Notes: generated from the letters alone by a model not told the origin. A stretch of 40,441 nucleotides of DNA from an uncultured Salinisphaerales bacterium (GCA_964646895.1 CAZYIP010000003.1:1-40441), one strand, 5' to 3'; shown: positions 29,114 through 39,018, counted from the first letter of the stretch. Translations and numbers: made by a program.

Positions 29114-29716
29114 ATGACAACAATACTGGGTCCACAAAAACTAGGTCCATTGACACCACTGGTCGGTGAATGGGAAGGCGACGTCGGCGTCGATCTCTCC
29201 TATCACAATCAGGATGACGAGACGAGCGAAACTTCCTATTTCGAGAAGGCATGGTTCAAGCCGATCCCGATCCAGGAGAACGGTCAGCAGGTGCTATGGG
29301 GAATGAACTACGGCATGACTGCCTGGCGCCACGGTGAAGAGGCCATGGACCCGTTCCACGACGAGGTCGGCTTTCTGCTGTGGGACAAGGCCAACGGCCA
29401 GATCATGCGCACCGTCGTGTTCGGACGCGGCATCGCCATTCTCGCCGGCAGCGACGCCAAGCCGCGTGACAGGGTATTGCATTTCAATGCCAGTCCCGGA
29501 GAACCCTGCTACGGCATACTGCAGAACAAATATCTCCTCGAACGCGCGGAAATCAAGGACTTCAAGAGCACCTTCACGATCGACGACGACGGTACGCTCA
29601 GCTACACGTCCGACCTGCTCCTGAGGCTCGCCGCCACTGGTGAGGAAATGCACCACACGGACAGAAACACGCTGCATCGCGTCAAGCGCTACCACCCAAG
29701 CGCCGAAGGCGCCTGA
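29114..29716 (+). CDS. nitrobindin/THAP4-like heme-binding beta-barrel protein (DUF1794)
   Basis: LGPLTPLVGEWEG, Y.E...F, PFHDEVGFLLWD, C-terminal HHTDRNTL..V with candidate heme His; GAGGAGG RBS. Confidence 0.8.
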   Translation: MTTILGPQKLGPLTPLVGEWEGDVGVDLSYHNQDDETSETSYFEKAWFKPIPIQENGQQVLWGMNYGMTAWRHGEEAMDPFHDEVGFLLWDKANGQIMRTVVFGRGIAILAGSDAKPRDRVLHFNASPGEPCYGILQNKYLLERAEIKDFKSTFTIDDDGTLSYTSDLLLRLAATGEEMHHTDRNTLHRVKRYHPSAEGA

Positions 29717-29894
29717 TCGCACGGGCACACGAACCCGTACGGTTTCGCGTCACGCAAGCACATCGGACCCGCGCACGGCAAATCAGGATGCCGGCCGTTG
29801 TGCATGCGCCGAGGGATCTCCGCGGCCCCGCCACACCTGCTTCCACAGGGCACGGGCGGGGCCGGCGGTTCCGAGCCTCGCATTTGATCCGGCC

Positions 29895-30692
29895 ATGCCG
29901 CACCTGATCACCCACCGCCCGCGCGTCACCAATCTTGCCTCCCCTGACGAGACAGCCCCATCCCACAAGGCGTGGGAAACCGTCAATGCCTTCTGCTACG
30001 AGATCGGCGGGCTGACGTTCGTCGCCGGCAGCATCTGCTATTTCCCGGCGTTATCGAATTACCTGGCGATCGGCGGCTGGCTGTACTTTTTCGGATCGCT
30101 GCTCTACCTGCTCGTGACCGGTCACGATCTGCTGGAGGTATTCAAATACTGGCGCATTCATCACACCAATACCTTCGCCGATCGCATCGAGTTCGTGACG
30201 GCCACATCGTACGTGCTGGGTTCGCTGCTGTTCACCATCGGCAGCATCTGCTTTCTGCCCTCGCTCGGCGCGACGTCGACCGGTAGCTGGTGCTTTATCG
30301 TCGGCTCGGCGTTGTTCCTGATTGGCGGCTTCATCAACATCCTGCAGGTGGTCGAAGCTCCCTCTCTGCTCTACATGCAGCTATTCAACGTGACCGTGGC
30401 CCAGTTCATCGTCGGCTCGGCGCTGTTCCTCGTGGCGACGATTCCCTACCTCTGGCATCTCGGCGATCCGGCGCGGAGACAGGTAACGACACTTGCGGCG
30501 GCGCAGTATCTGTTCGCGAGCGTACTGTTTCTCACCGGCGGCATCGCCATCTACTACCGCAAACTGGTCCACCACAGACTGGAGGCGTTCTGCCATGCCA
30601 GCGGGTTGGGCACGATGTTCATCCGCGCGCTGCGCAGCGAGATTCAGGAGAAAGCCACGCTGGGGCCAACGCGGCATTACCACGACCCGTAG
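29895..30692 (+). CDS. YrhK-like multi-repeat membrane protein
   Basis: Repeated G...F..GSI.F / W.F..GS..F hydrophobic hairpin units. Confidence 0.7.
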   Translation: MPHLITHRPRVTNLASPDETAPSHKAWETVNAFCYEIGGLTFVAGSICYFPALSNYLAIGGWLYFFGSLLYLLVTGHDLLEVFKYWRIHHTNTFADRIEFVTATSYVLGSLLFTIGSICFLPSLGATSTGSWCFIVGSALFLIGGFINILQVVEAPSLLYMQLFNVTVAQFIVGSALFLVATIPYLWHLGDPARRQVTTLAAAQYLFASVLFLTGGIAIYYRKLVHHRLEAFCHASGLGTMFIRALRSEIQEKATLGPTRHYHDP

Positions 30693-30787
30693 CGCCATCG
30701 TTTACCGCGCAGGCGGCTACAAGGCGGCAGGCCGAATCATCCGCACGCAAGCCACCGGCCACACATGCACTTCAGCAGCGAACTGCC

Positions 30788-31918
30788 CTAACCCGTGACA
30801 GCCTTGACGGCGTCTTCCAGGCGCGCAACCGTGGCATCCACATTCTTGAGCTTGTCGAGGCCGAACAGCCCTACGCGAAAGGTCTTGAAGCCTTCCGGCT
30901 CGTCGCAGGCCAGGGGCACCCCCGCGGCGATCTGCACATTCCGGGCCGCAAATGCGCTGCCTTTGTGGATCGCGTCGTTATCGGTATAGCTGACCACAAC
31001 GCCGGGCGCACCGAACCCATCGGCCGCCACACTCTTGAAGCCATACTTCGCCAACATGGCGCGCACCTTGTCGCCAAGCTGCTGCTGCGCGTCGCGAGCC
31101 TTGTCGAAACCCATGTCGCGGGTCTCCAGCATGTTGTCGCGGAACCGGGTCAGCGCGTCGGTCGGCAACGTCGCATAATAGGCATGAGTCCCGTTTTCGT
31201 AGGCGGCCATGATGCCGCGCCATTTTTTGAGATCCAGGGAAAAACTCGTGCTCTGGGTCGTTTCCAGGCGCGCCTCGGCAGTTTCGGAAAGCATGACCAG
31301 CGCCGCGGACGGGCTGGAACTCCAGCTTTTTTGCGGCGCGCTGACCAGGACATCAACCCCGGTTTTTTTCATATCCACCCAGATGGTGCCGCTGGCGACA
31401 CAGTCGAGCACAAACAGACCGCCGGCCTCGTGCGTCGCCGCCGCCAGCTTTTCGAGGTAATCCTGCGGGAGGATGATGCCGGACGCAGTTTCCACATGGG
31501 GTGCGAACACCACGTCGGGTTTTTCCCTCTGGATGGTGGCCACGAGCTCGTCGATGGGCGCTGGCGCAAAAGCCGCTTTGGGCCCTTCCTCCACGGTACG
31601 CGCCTTGACCACAACGGTCGCGGAGGGAATCCCGCCGACCTCGAATATCTGGCTCCAGCGATAGCTGAACCAGCCGTTACGCGCCACCAGGCACTTCTTG
31701 CCGGTGGCGAACTGTCGGGCCACAGCTTCCATGCCACAGGTTCCGCCACCGGGAACGAGGGCAAGGGCATGCGCGCCATAGACGTTCTTGAGCGTGCCGG
31801 AGATGTCGCGCATGACCTGCTGGAAACGCTGCGACATGTGGTTCAGGGAGCGGTCGGTAAAAACGACCGAGTATTCGGCCAGGCCATCGGGGTCGACCGG
31901 GGACAAGGATTCAGTCAT
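30788..31918 (-). CDS. class V PLP aminotransferase (serine--pyruvate/alanine--glyoxylate-like)
   Basis: EYSVVFTDRSLNHMS, GGGT, PHVETASG, LDCVASG, SAPQK (PLP Lys), FRVGLFG; GGAG RBS. Confidence 0.88.
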   Translation of the reverse strand: MTESLSPVDPDGLAEYSVVFTDRSLNHMSQRFQQVMRDISGTLKNVYGAHALALVPGGGTCGMEAVARQFATGKKCLVARNGWFSYRWSQIFEVGGIPSATVVVKARTVEEGPKAAFAPAPIDELVATIQREKPDVVFAPHVETASGIILPQDYLEKLAAATHEAGGLFVLDCVASGTIWVDMKKTGVDVLVSAPQKSWSSSPSAALVMLSETAEARLETTQSTSFSLDLKKWRGIMAAYENGTHAYYATLPTDALTRFRDNMLETRDMGFDKARDAQQQLGDKVRAMLAKYGFKSVAADGFGAPGVVVSYTDNDAIHKGSAFAARNVQIAAGVPLACDEPEGFKTFRVGLFGLDKLKNVDATVARLEDAVKAVTG

Positions 31919-31991
31919 GCGTATCTCCATCCAAAACGGTATATTAACTTGGTTATTGTATGACTTGCACGAGCCGGATTGTGCCGGCCGG

Positions 31992-33416
31992 CTACCATGA
32001 ACCATGATGCTCGGGTATCAGCCTGACCAGCGGCAGGGCAGCGACGAGCAGCACGGCGGCAGTCACGTAGACCCAGGCCTGGATACCGCCGGGGTCGGCA
32101 GACTCGGAAAGGATCGCGGTCGCGATCGAAATCGCGATGATCGAGCCGATCTGCATGCACATCGAGCGCAGCGCGGCGATGGTCGCTGAATGTTCGAGCG
32201 CCAGTTGCAGCCCCGCGTTGCGGGTGGCGGGATTCAGCGTACCGCCGCCGACACCGACCAGGAAAGCAGCGCCGGCCAGCCACATATAAGGCGAGATGCC
32301 GGCGAACGGGGGCAGCGCAAGCAGCAGCATGCCGATCGCGATGGCGGTGCCGCCGACATAGATCGGCAGGCGGTAGCCCGTTCGCCGCAACGCGAACGCA
32401 GCCGCGATCGACAGCAGGATCGCGGCGGCACCCTGGGCCATGAGCAACGTCCCCGAATCGAGCGCATTGATGCCATAGCGATTGGTCGCATACAGCGGAA
32501 CGAGCGTCAGCAGGCCGATGGTGACGCCCCCGTACATGATGTTGACCAGGTTGATCGGGCCAAAGCCGGAGCCGTGAATCAGATGGGGCGCGATGAACGG
32601 ATTAGCCGATCGCCTGATGTGGCGGACGAACAGCCACAGGGCGCCAAGCGCAACAGCCAGCGGCCCCCCGAACGCGGGCGACCACACGTGCGTGCCCGGC
32701 GAGCCCAGATAACTGACGGCGAACATGGCGGCGAGCAGGGCGCTGCCGAGCAGCAGCATTCCGGCGGCGTCCATGTGGAGGTGAGGGCCTCCGGACTTTG
32801 GCCGATCGTGCGGAATATGGCGCAACGCCAGCACGATGACCGCCAGGCCGATCGGCACGTTGATGAAGAACACACCGCGCCAGTTCCAGTACGAAACGAA
32901 CAACCCGCCGAATATGGGGCCGAGCATCGCACCGACCGGAAAAACGCTGCCGAACAGGCTGACGGCGCGATCGCGCGCACTCCCGAAATGGTCGACGACG
33001 ATCCCGGTGGCGGATGGCGTAAAGCCCGCGCCACCCGCTGCCTGCAGCGCGCGCAACGCGATGAGCACGTAGATATTGTTGGCCATCCCGCAGCACAGGG
33101 ATGCAATGGTGAAGACGATGACCGAGCCCAGGAACACCCGGCGCCGGCCGTACCGCTCGCTGAGCTTGCCGCTGATCGGCAGCATCAGCACGAAGCCGAA
33201 GGAATAGACCGTAATGGTCCATCCGGCCCAGTTGATCGACGTATCCAGCCCTTGCTGCAGGGAATGCAACGCCGTTGCAACGATGGTCGAGTCCACCGAC
33301 ATCATCAGCAACGCGAGTGCAACGGTAGTAAAAATCAGCACGCGGCGAACGGGCTGCTCCTCCCCGACCGCCTCCGAGGGCTGGTCGGATGCGCTCGCAT
33401 CGTGCTGAACACTCAT
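31992..33416 (-). CDS. DHA2-family (14-TM) MFS efflux transporter
   Basis: DSTIVATAL, GKLSERYGRRR, WRGVFFINVPIG motifs; start at MSVQ inferred. Confidence 0.88.
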   Translation of the reverse strand: MSVQHDASASDQPSEAVGEEQPVRRVLIFTTVALALLMMSVDSTIVATALHSLQQGLDTSINWAGWTITVYSFGFVLMLPISGKLSERYGRRRVFLGSVIVFTIASLCCGMANNIYVLIALRALQAAGGAGFTPSATGIVVDHFGSARDRAVSLFGSVFPVGAMLGPIFGGLFVSYWNWRGVFFINVPIGLAVIVLALRHIPHDRPKSGGPHLHMDAAGMLLLGSALLAAMFAVSYLGSPGTHVWSPAFGGPLAVALGALWLFVRHIRRSANPFIAPHLIHGSGFGPINLVNIMYGGVTIGLLTLVPLYATNRYGINALDSGTLLMAQGAAAILLSIAAAFALRRTGYRLPIYVGGTAIAIGMLLLALPPFAGISPYMWLAGAAFLVGVGGGTLNPATRNAGLQLALEHSATIAALRSMCMQIGSIIAISIATAILSESADPGGIQAWVYVTAAVLLVAALPLVRLIPEHHGSW

Positions 33417-33801
33417 ATTTCGTATTTTCCGCACATTCGGTCGGGAAGCGCCGGGCCTGCTCGACCCCGTCGAGTCACTGCATCCGTGCCGGATCCGGGC
33501 CCCCTGGGGTAAACGGCGATCAAGCCGACGGTGCGGCCTCCTTGTATGTTGTAGAGAGCGGGACGGTACGCGAGAGACAGCCGAATCCGGCCGAACGATC
33601 ACAGGCGTTCAGGCAGCGCGGCTCACGCCTGGCGGGCCATGCCACGGCGGCGCGATGGCGACATCGCGCCAGCGGCCCTTTCTGTCGTCCATGTCAGGGG
33701 GAGTGGTGGATAAAGAAGTCAGGTGCCGACGTGCTTCGGCGTGCCGTGTGAAGCAGATGCCCTCGCCACCGGCATGATACCAGAAAACGCCATCCGGCCC
33801 G

Positions 33802-34851
33802 TCAGGGAACCCGGTGGAGCCACTCGGGAGTCGAGAACCGGGACCGAACGAGTTCCTTCGCCGCGGCATATTCAGCCGCCGTGATATCGCCGGGGATGGC
33901 GCCATGGAGATCGGCGAAAGTCGCCTTCATCCGCTCGATGATCTCCGCACGGGTGAGCCCGCTCTGCCTGCGCAGGGGGTCGACGCGCTTGGCCACGCTG
34001 GCAATGCCCTTGTCACTGAGCTTTTCGCGGCCGATCCGCAATATCTGCGCCAGCTTCTCGCCGTCCATGTCGTAGCTCATGGTCACGTGATGCAGCACCG
34101 CACCCGAGCCGGAGCGCTTCTGCGCGGCCCCGCCGATTTTGCCCGCGGGGCTGGCGATATCGTTGAGCGGCTTGTATTCGACGTCGATACCGAGCGAGCG
34201 CAGGGCGACAAGCACCCAATCGTCGAGAAATGCGTAGCTGTCCGCGAAGCTCATCCCCTGCACCAGCGCCGCCGGGGCGTAAAGAGAGTAAGTGATGATG
34301 GCCCCCTTCTCCATCATCATGGCGCCGCCGCCGGAGATCCGCCGCACCACCTCGAACCCGTAGCGGGCGGCCGCCTCCAGGTCCACCTCGTTTTTAACCG
34401 ACTGAAAGCAGCCGATGACCACGGCGGACTCGTTCCACTCCCAGATGCGCAGTGTCGGCCGGCGGCGCCCGGCTCCCACTTCGTGCATCAGCACTTCGTC
34501 CAGTGCCAGATGAAGCGCGGGGGGCACGGCGGCCGCGTGCACGATCTCCCAGTCGTAGTCGCGCCAGCTGGTCGCGTGCGCCAGCGCGCGGCGGGTCGCA
34601 ACCGCGATCGCCTCCGGCGAGAAACCGAGCAGCACGGCATCATCCGGAATCGCCGCCCGCACCGCAGCGCCAATCGCCTTGGCGTCCGCATTCGCCGGCA
34701 GCCCGTTGATGGCGCTGTCGATGGCTTCGAGCGCCGAGTCGGGTTCCAGGAAAAAATCGCCGGAAAGGCGGAAGTCGGCCAACACGCCGTCCCGAATCTC
34801 CAGGTCGACCACCACCAGCTTGCCGCCCGGCACCTTGTACTCGCCGTGCAT
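33802..34851 (-). CDS. lplA: lipoate-protein ligase A (accessory domain at the N-terminus)
   Basis: MHGEYKVPGGKLV...SGDFFLEP N-domain; RRISGGGAM, ND, KIGGAAQ, LHH catalytic domain. Confidence 0.88.
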   Translation of the reverse strand: MHGEYKVPGGKLVVVDLEIRDGVLADFRLSGDFFLEPDSALEAIDSAINGLPANADAKAIGAAVRAAIPDDAVLLGFSPEAIAVATRRALAHATSWRDYDWEIVHAAAVPPALHLALDEVLMHEVGAGRRRPTLRIWEWNESAVVIGCFQSVKNEVDLEAAARYGFEVVRRISGGGAMMMEKGAIITYSLYAPAALVQGMSFADSYAFLDDWVLVALRSLGIDVEYKPLNDIASPAGKIGGAAQKRSGSGAVLHHVTMSYDMDGEKLAQILRIGREKLSDKGIASVAKRVDPLRRQSGLTRAEIIERMKATFADLHGAIPGDITAAEYAAAKELVRSRFSTPEWLHRVP

Positions 34852-34955
34852 TCGCGCCCCCGCTTCAGTGCATCACCACCGCACGACGCACTCCGCGCCC
34901 CGGGTTCGGGACCAACCTTTCGGCGGCCGGTGACCAGCCAGCTGATCCGCCTTCA

Positions 34956-35321
34956 CTAGCGCCAGGTGCCCTTGGCGAAGTGCTCCGCCAGTTCGCGATG
35001 ATCTTCCTGCGTCGGCGGCGGGCTGACGACCACCAGCACGATGGTCCGCTTGTCGGCGTGAATGCCGCGCGCCTCGCCTGCCCTGGAGTGCAGGACGGCC
35101 CCCGGGCCGGCGTGGGCCAGTTCCTCGTCGCCGGATACCAGCGTGGCCTCGCCTTCGATGATCACCATCGTCAGATCGCTGCCGGGATGGTGCACGGGAA
35201 TCGCCTGCCCCGCTTCCAGCCCGACGACCTTGGTGTCGCTCTTGTCCGTCCGGTCCAGGGTGACGGGCTGGAAGCGCTCCGCGCCGAAAGAGGCTTTTTC
35301 TCGAATCGATTTGATCAGCAT
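34956..35321 (-). CDS. cupin-domain protein
   Basis: LEAGQAIPVHHP...IIEGEA...GPG...AGEARGI cupin motifs. Confidence 0.8.
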   Translation of the reverse strand: MLIKSIREKASFGAERFQPVTLDRTDKSDTKVVGLEAGQAIPVHHPGSDLTMVIIEGEATLVSGDEELAHAGPGAVLHSRAGEARGIHADKRTIVLVVVSPPPTQEDHRELAEHFAKGTWR

Positions 35322-35333
35322 TATCCCGCTCCG

Positions 35334-35759
35334 TTACGCGCTCAGATGCGTCTCCAGTGTGATTTCGGCATTGAAAAGCTTCGAAACGGGGCAACCCGTC
35401 TTGGCGTTGTTTGCCGCGGTTTCGAACACCTTGCGATCGGCGCCGGGAATCTGTGCGTGGACATCCAGATGAACCGTGGTAATGGTGAAACCGCCGTCAT
35501 CGGGCTCGATGGTCACGGTCGCCGTGGTGTCGATCCGCTTCGGCGTCAGCCCGGATTCGCCGAGTACCAGCGACAACGCCATCGAATAGCAGCTGGCGTG
35601 CGCAGCCGCCAGCAGTTCCTCGGGACTGGTCCCCTGCCGTTCCTCGAAACGATTCCTGAACGAGTACGGTGTATTCGAAAACACTCCGCTCTCGGCGGAT
35701 ACCGTTCCCTTTCCATCCTTGATGCCACCTTCCCAAACCGCTGCTGCATTGCGCTTCAT
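35334..35759 (-). CDS. osmC: OsmC-family peroxiredoxin
   Basis: AVWEGGIKDGKG, YSFRNRFE, GTSPEELLAAAHASC, AKTGCPVSK; AGGAGA RBS. Confidence 0.92.
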   Translation of the reverse strand: MKRNAAAVWEGGIKDGKGTVSAESGVFSNTPYSFRNRFEERQGTSPEELLAAAHASCYSMALSLVLGESGLTPKRIDTTATVTIEPDDGGFTITTVHLDVHAQIPGADRKVFETAANNAKTGCPVSKLFNAEITLETHLSA

Positions 35760-35918
35760 CGCACTCTCCTGCCTGGGGTTTGTACGCAAGCATAGCTGCT
35801 CGCGGGCGCCCACTCCTTGACCGACATCAAGCACTGCCGGGCTCCCGCGTCGGACGGCGTTTGTTGTTACACTCACGCCATCCTCCGAGCCCTCAGCTTA
35901 TGCACTGCGCATCGATTC

Positions 35919-37211
35919 ATGCCGCCTACGCACAAATCCTCGCCAAGTACCGGCAGCGCGCGCGCGTCCGTCTCCCTGAGCCGCCCTGCCCTGATCCTGC
36001 TGGGGGTGGCGCTGATTCTGCTCGCCTTCAATTTGCGTCTGGTGTTTCCCAGCCTGTCGGTGCTGTTGCCCGAAATCATCCGCCAAACCGGGCTGTCGTC
36101 GGCTTCGGCCGGCTATCTCACCACCCTGCCGGTCCTGTGTCTGGGCCTATTCGCGCCAGTGGCGCCGCTGTGCGCACGCTACTTCGGTATCGAGCGCACC
36201 CTGCTGGGCGCACTGGTGCTGCTGGCCGCCGGCACGGCACTGAGGGGCCTTTACGGGATACCGGGCCTGTTTCTGGGTTCCGCCATGGCAGGCGGCGGCA
36301 TCGCGATTGCCAACGTGCTGCTGCCCGCGCTGGTGAAACGCGACTTCCCACGCCATGTCGCCGGCATGACCGGGCTATACACCATGACGCTGAACGGCGG
36401 CGCGGCTGTGGCGGCGGCGGTTACGCTGCCGCTGGCCTACGCGTTCGGCGGGTCGTGGTCCATTGGTCTCGGCGCGTGGGCGCTGCCCCCGATCGCAGCG
36501 GCTCTGTTCTGGGTAACGCAGCTGCGCCGCAAGGCACCGCAAGCAACAACGCACGCGGTACAACGGGTTCGCGGCCTGTGGGGCGATCCCCTCGCCTGGC
36601 AGGTCACCTTTTTCATGGGCCTGCAATCGGCGATGGCCTACTGCGTCGCGGGATGGCTAGCGCCCATACTGCAAGGCCGGGGGCTCGATGGCACCACAGC
36701 CGGGCTGGTGACATCGGTCTGCATTCTCACGAGTATCGTTGGCTGCCTGGGCGTGCCGATTCTGATTGCACGCGTGCGGGATCAGCGACTGCTCAGCGTG
36801 ATTCTCAGCATCCTCACCGGCGCCCCCCTGCTCGGCCTGCTGTTTGCGCCGCTGTCCACGGTGTGGGTCTGGGCGATGCTGCAGGGGCTTGGGCAAGGCA
36901 GCATGTTCACCGCCGCGCTGACCGTCATCGTGCTGCGCTCGCCCGACTCGCTCGTGGCCGCGCAACTGTCCGGCATGGCACAGACCGTGGGGTACATCCT
37001 CGCTTCGGTCGGCCCCCTGCTGGTGGGTCTGCTGCATGGCTGGACGGGTGGTTTCGCCGCTTCCGGCTGGCTCTTCGTGGCGCTGATAGCGGGAGGCTGC
37101 GTGAGCGGCTGGGGCGCCGGGCGCAGCCAGTACGTCAACACACCCGGCCATCCGGCGCCGCCCGTGCCGCTGCCGGTCAACGACGCACCGCAAAACAATC
37201 ATCCCCTCTGA
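35919..37211 (+). CDS. CynX/NimT-family MFS transporter
   Basis: AFNLR, LTTLPVLC, NVLLPALVKRDF, AWQVTFFMGLQS, LSGMAQTVGY. Confidence 0.88.
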   Translation: MPPTHKSSPSTGSARASVSLSRPALILLGVALILLAFNLRLVFPSLSVLLPEIIRQTGLSSASAGYLTTLPVLCLGLFAPVAPLCARYFGIERTLLGALVLLAAGTALRGLYGIPGLFLGSAMAGGGIAIANVLLPALVKRDFPRHVAGMTGLYTMTLNGGAAVAAAVTLPLAYAFGGSWSIGLGAWALPPIAAALFWVTQLRRKAPQATTHAVQRVRGLWGDPLAWQVTFFMGLQSAMAYCVAGWLAPILQGRGLDGTTAGLVTSVCILTSIVGCLGVPILIARVRDQRLLSVILSILTGAPLLGLLFAPLSTVWVWAMLQGLGQGSMFTAALTVIVLRSPDSLVAAQLSGMAQTVGYILASVGPLLVGLLHGWTGGFAASGWLFVALIAGGCVSGWGAGRSQYVNTPGHPAPPVPLPVNDAPQNNHPL

Positions 37212-37227
37212 AGTAACGGATGCCGCG

Positions 37228-37890
37228 TCAGCGCATCAGGATGCGCCTGGGGCGAATGGGCAGCCTGCCTCGCCAGTACTGCAGCAGGATGAAGCCGCCG
37301 ACCGCGCCGCCGAGGTGGGCGAAGTGCGCAACGCCGGATTCGTAGCCGCTGACGCCGAAGAACAGCTCCAGCAGGATGTAGCCCGCCACGAAGACCCACG
37401 CGGGCATCGGGATCGGCAGGAAGATCATGAACATCTTCACGTGCGGATAGACGAGGCCAAACGCGACGAGCAGCCCGAAGACCGCGCCAGACGCACCGAT
37501 GGTCGGATAGAAACCGTGGGTAAAATACTGCGCGACCAGCAAATGGGCAACGGCCGCCGTCACCGCGCAAAAGCAGTAGTAGAACGTGTAGCGCTTCGCG
37601 CCCAGCAACTCCTCGATGGGCCCGCCAAACACCCACAGGGCGAACATGTTGAAGAAGATGTGTCCCCAGCCGCCGTGCAGGAACGCGTAGGTGATGACCT
37701 GCCAGAAGTGGAAGCTGACCACCAGCGGTGTCCCGCCTTCCGTATAGCCGGCGAAGTGTGCCGGCCCGATTGGCCACAGCGCGCCATAGGCCAGCAGCAG
37801 CGGCTGCAGGGACGACACCTGCTCCAGCAGGAAGACGACCACATTGGCGATGAGCAACGTGCGGGTGACGCGGGGCAAGTCGTATAGCAT
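37228..37890 (-). CDS. rhomboid-family intramembrane serine protease
   Basis: WQVITYAFLHGG..HIFFNM, catalytic GASG and AHFAHLGG. Confidence 0.93.
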   Translation of the reverse strand: MLYDLPRVTRTLLIANVVVFLLEQVSSLQPLLLAYGALWPIGPAHFAGYTEGGTPLVVSFHFWQVITYAFLHGGWGHIFFNMFALWVFGGPIEELLGAKRYTFYYCFCAVTAAVAHLLVAQYFTHGFYPTIGASGAVFGLLVAFGLVYPHVKMFMIFLPIPMPAWVFVAGYILLELFFGVSGYESGVAHFAHLGGAVGGFILLQYWRGRLPIRPRRILMR

Positions 37891-38064
37891 GGGCTTCCGG
37901 GAGGACTATGTCGGGTCAGGGCGTACGTCGCCGAGCCGGCACCGGTTGCGATCGCAACTGCGAAACCCCCGCTCGCCGTTGCGCGCGCGAATGCGGGAAT
38001 GCAGCAACGCCACCAGCCGGTAACGGTCCGGTAGTGTAACAGTCACAGCCCGGGCGCATGCCCG

Positions 38065-39018
38065 CTACGCCGTGTCAATGGATTCCAGCGCTTCGTCGAT
38101 CGCCGCGAGATCCTCGGCATCGAGCCGCCAGTCGGCCGCGCGTGCGTTTTGCTGAATCTGTTCGGGCCGGGTGGCGCCCGCGATCACGCTGGCCACCTCC
38201 GAATGGGCCAGCAGCCAGGCAAAGGCGAGATCGAGCAGGCTGTGGTCACGCTGCCTGGCCCAGGCTTCGAGCCTTTCCACCCGATCCCAGTTCGATTCGG
38301 TCAGATAACGATTGCCGAGCTGCTGCCAATGGGCAAAGCGCGAATCCTCCGGCGCCGCTTCGTCACGCTGGTATTTTCCCGTCAGCAGCCCGCTTGCCAG
38401 CGGGAAGTAGGGCACCAGGCCCAAATCGTAGGCCGCGAGTGCGGGGAGCAGTTCCTGCTCCGCCGAGCGCTCCAGAAGACTGTATTCATTCTGTGCGCAG
38501 ATGAAATGGTTGGCCGGAAGCTCGCTCGCGATCCAGTCTGCCTCGACCACCTCCCAGGCGGCGAAGTTGCAACAGCCGATGTAACGCACCTTCCCCGCAT
38601 GGATCAGATCGTCGAGCGCGCGCAGGGTTTCCTCGATCGGCGTCAGCGGATCGGGCCAGTGGATATAGTAGACGTCGATCCAGTCCGTCTGCAGCCGCTG
38701 CAGGCTCGCTTCCACCGCCTGCATGATGTAGCGCCGCGAGGCGTTATGGCGCTTCGTGTCGTCGCTCATCGCCGAGCCGAATTTGGTGGCGAGCACGATA
38801 TCCTTGCGACGCTCGCCGAGCACCTCGCCCATCAGCGTCTCCGAGCCGCCACGGTTGCCGTAGGAGTCGGCCGTGTCGAAAAAGTTGATGCCGCCGTCGA
38901 GTGCGGCATCGATCACCGCGCGCGTGCCCGCGAGATCCAGCCGGCCGCCGAAATTGTTGCAGCCGAGCCCGACCTCCGAAACCTCGAGTCCGGAGCGCCC
39001 CAGAGTACGCATCTTCAT
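38065..39018 (-). CDS. aldo/keto reductase
   Basis: LGRSGLEVSEVGLG, FDTADSYG, LATKFG, SLQRLQTDWID, GKVRYIG, PLASGLLTGKY; AGGAGG RBS. Confidence 0.93.
   Translation of the reverse strand: MKMRTLGRSGLEVSEVGLGCNNFGGRLDLAGTRAVIDAALDGGINFFDTADSYGNRGGSETLMGEVLGERRKDIVLATKFGSAMSDDTKRHNASRRYIMQAVEASLQRLQTDWIDVYYIHWPDPLTPIEETLRALDDLIHAGKVRYIGCCNFAAWEVVEADWIASELPANHFICAQNEYSLLERSAEQELLPALAAYDLGLVPYFPLASGLLTGKYQRDEAAPEDSRFAHWQQLGNRYLTESNWDRVERLEAWARQRDHSLLDLAFAWLLAHSEVASVIAGATRPEQIQQNARAADWRLDAEDLAAIDEALESIDTA

Noticed and set aside
30788-31918. Class V aminotransferase as the missing PhnW
   Set aside because: Lacks the PhnW N-terminal LLTPGP motif, belongs to a different subfamily, and lies about 22 kb from the operon
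30290-31963. 557-aa plus-strand ORF
   Set aside because: Off-frame over the YrhK-like gene and antisense to the class V aminotransferase; no motifs
33417-33801. Riboswitch or small gene in the 385-bp gap before the DHA2 transporter
   Set aside because: Only short GC-rich hairpins; no recognisable aptamer or credible ORF
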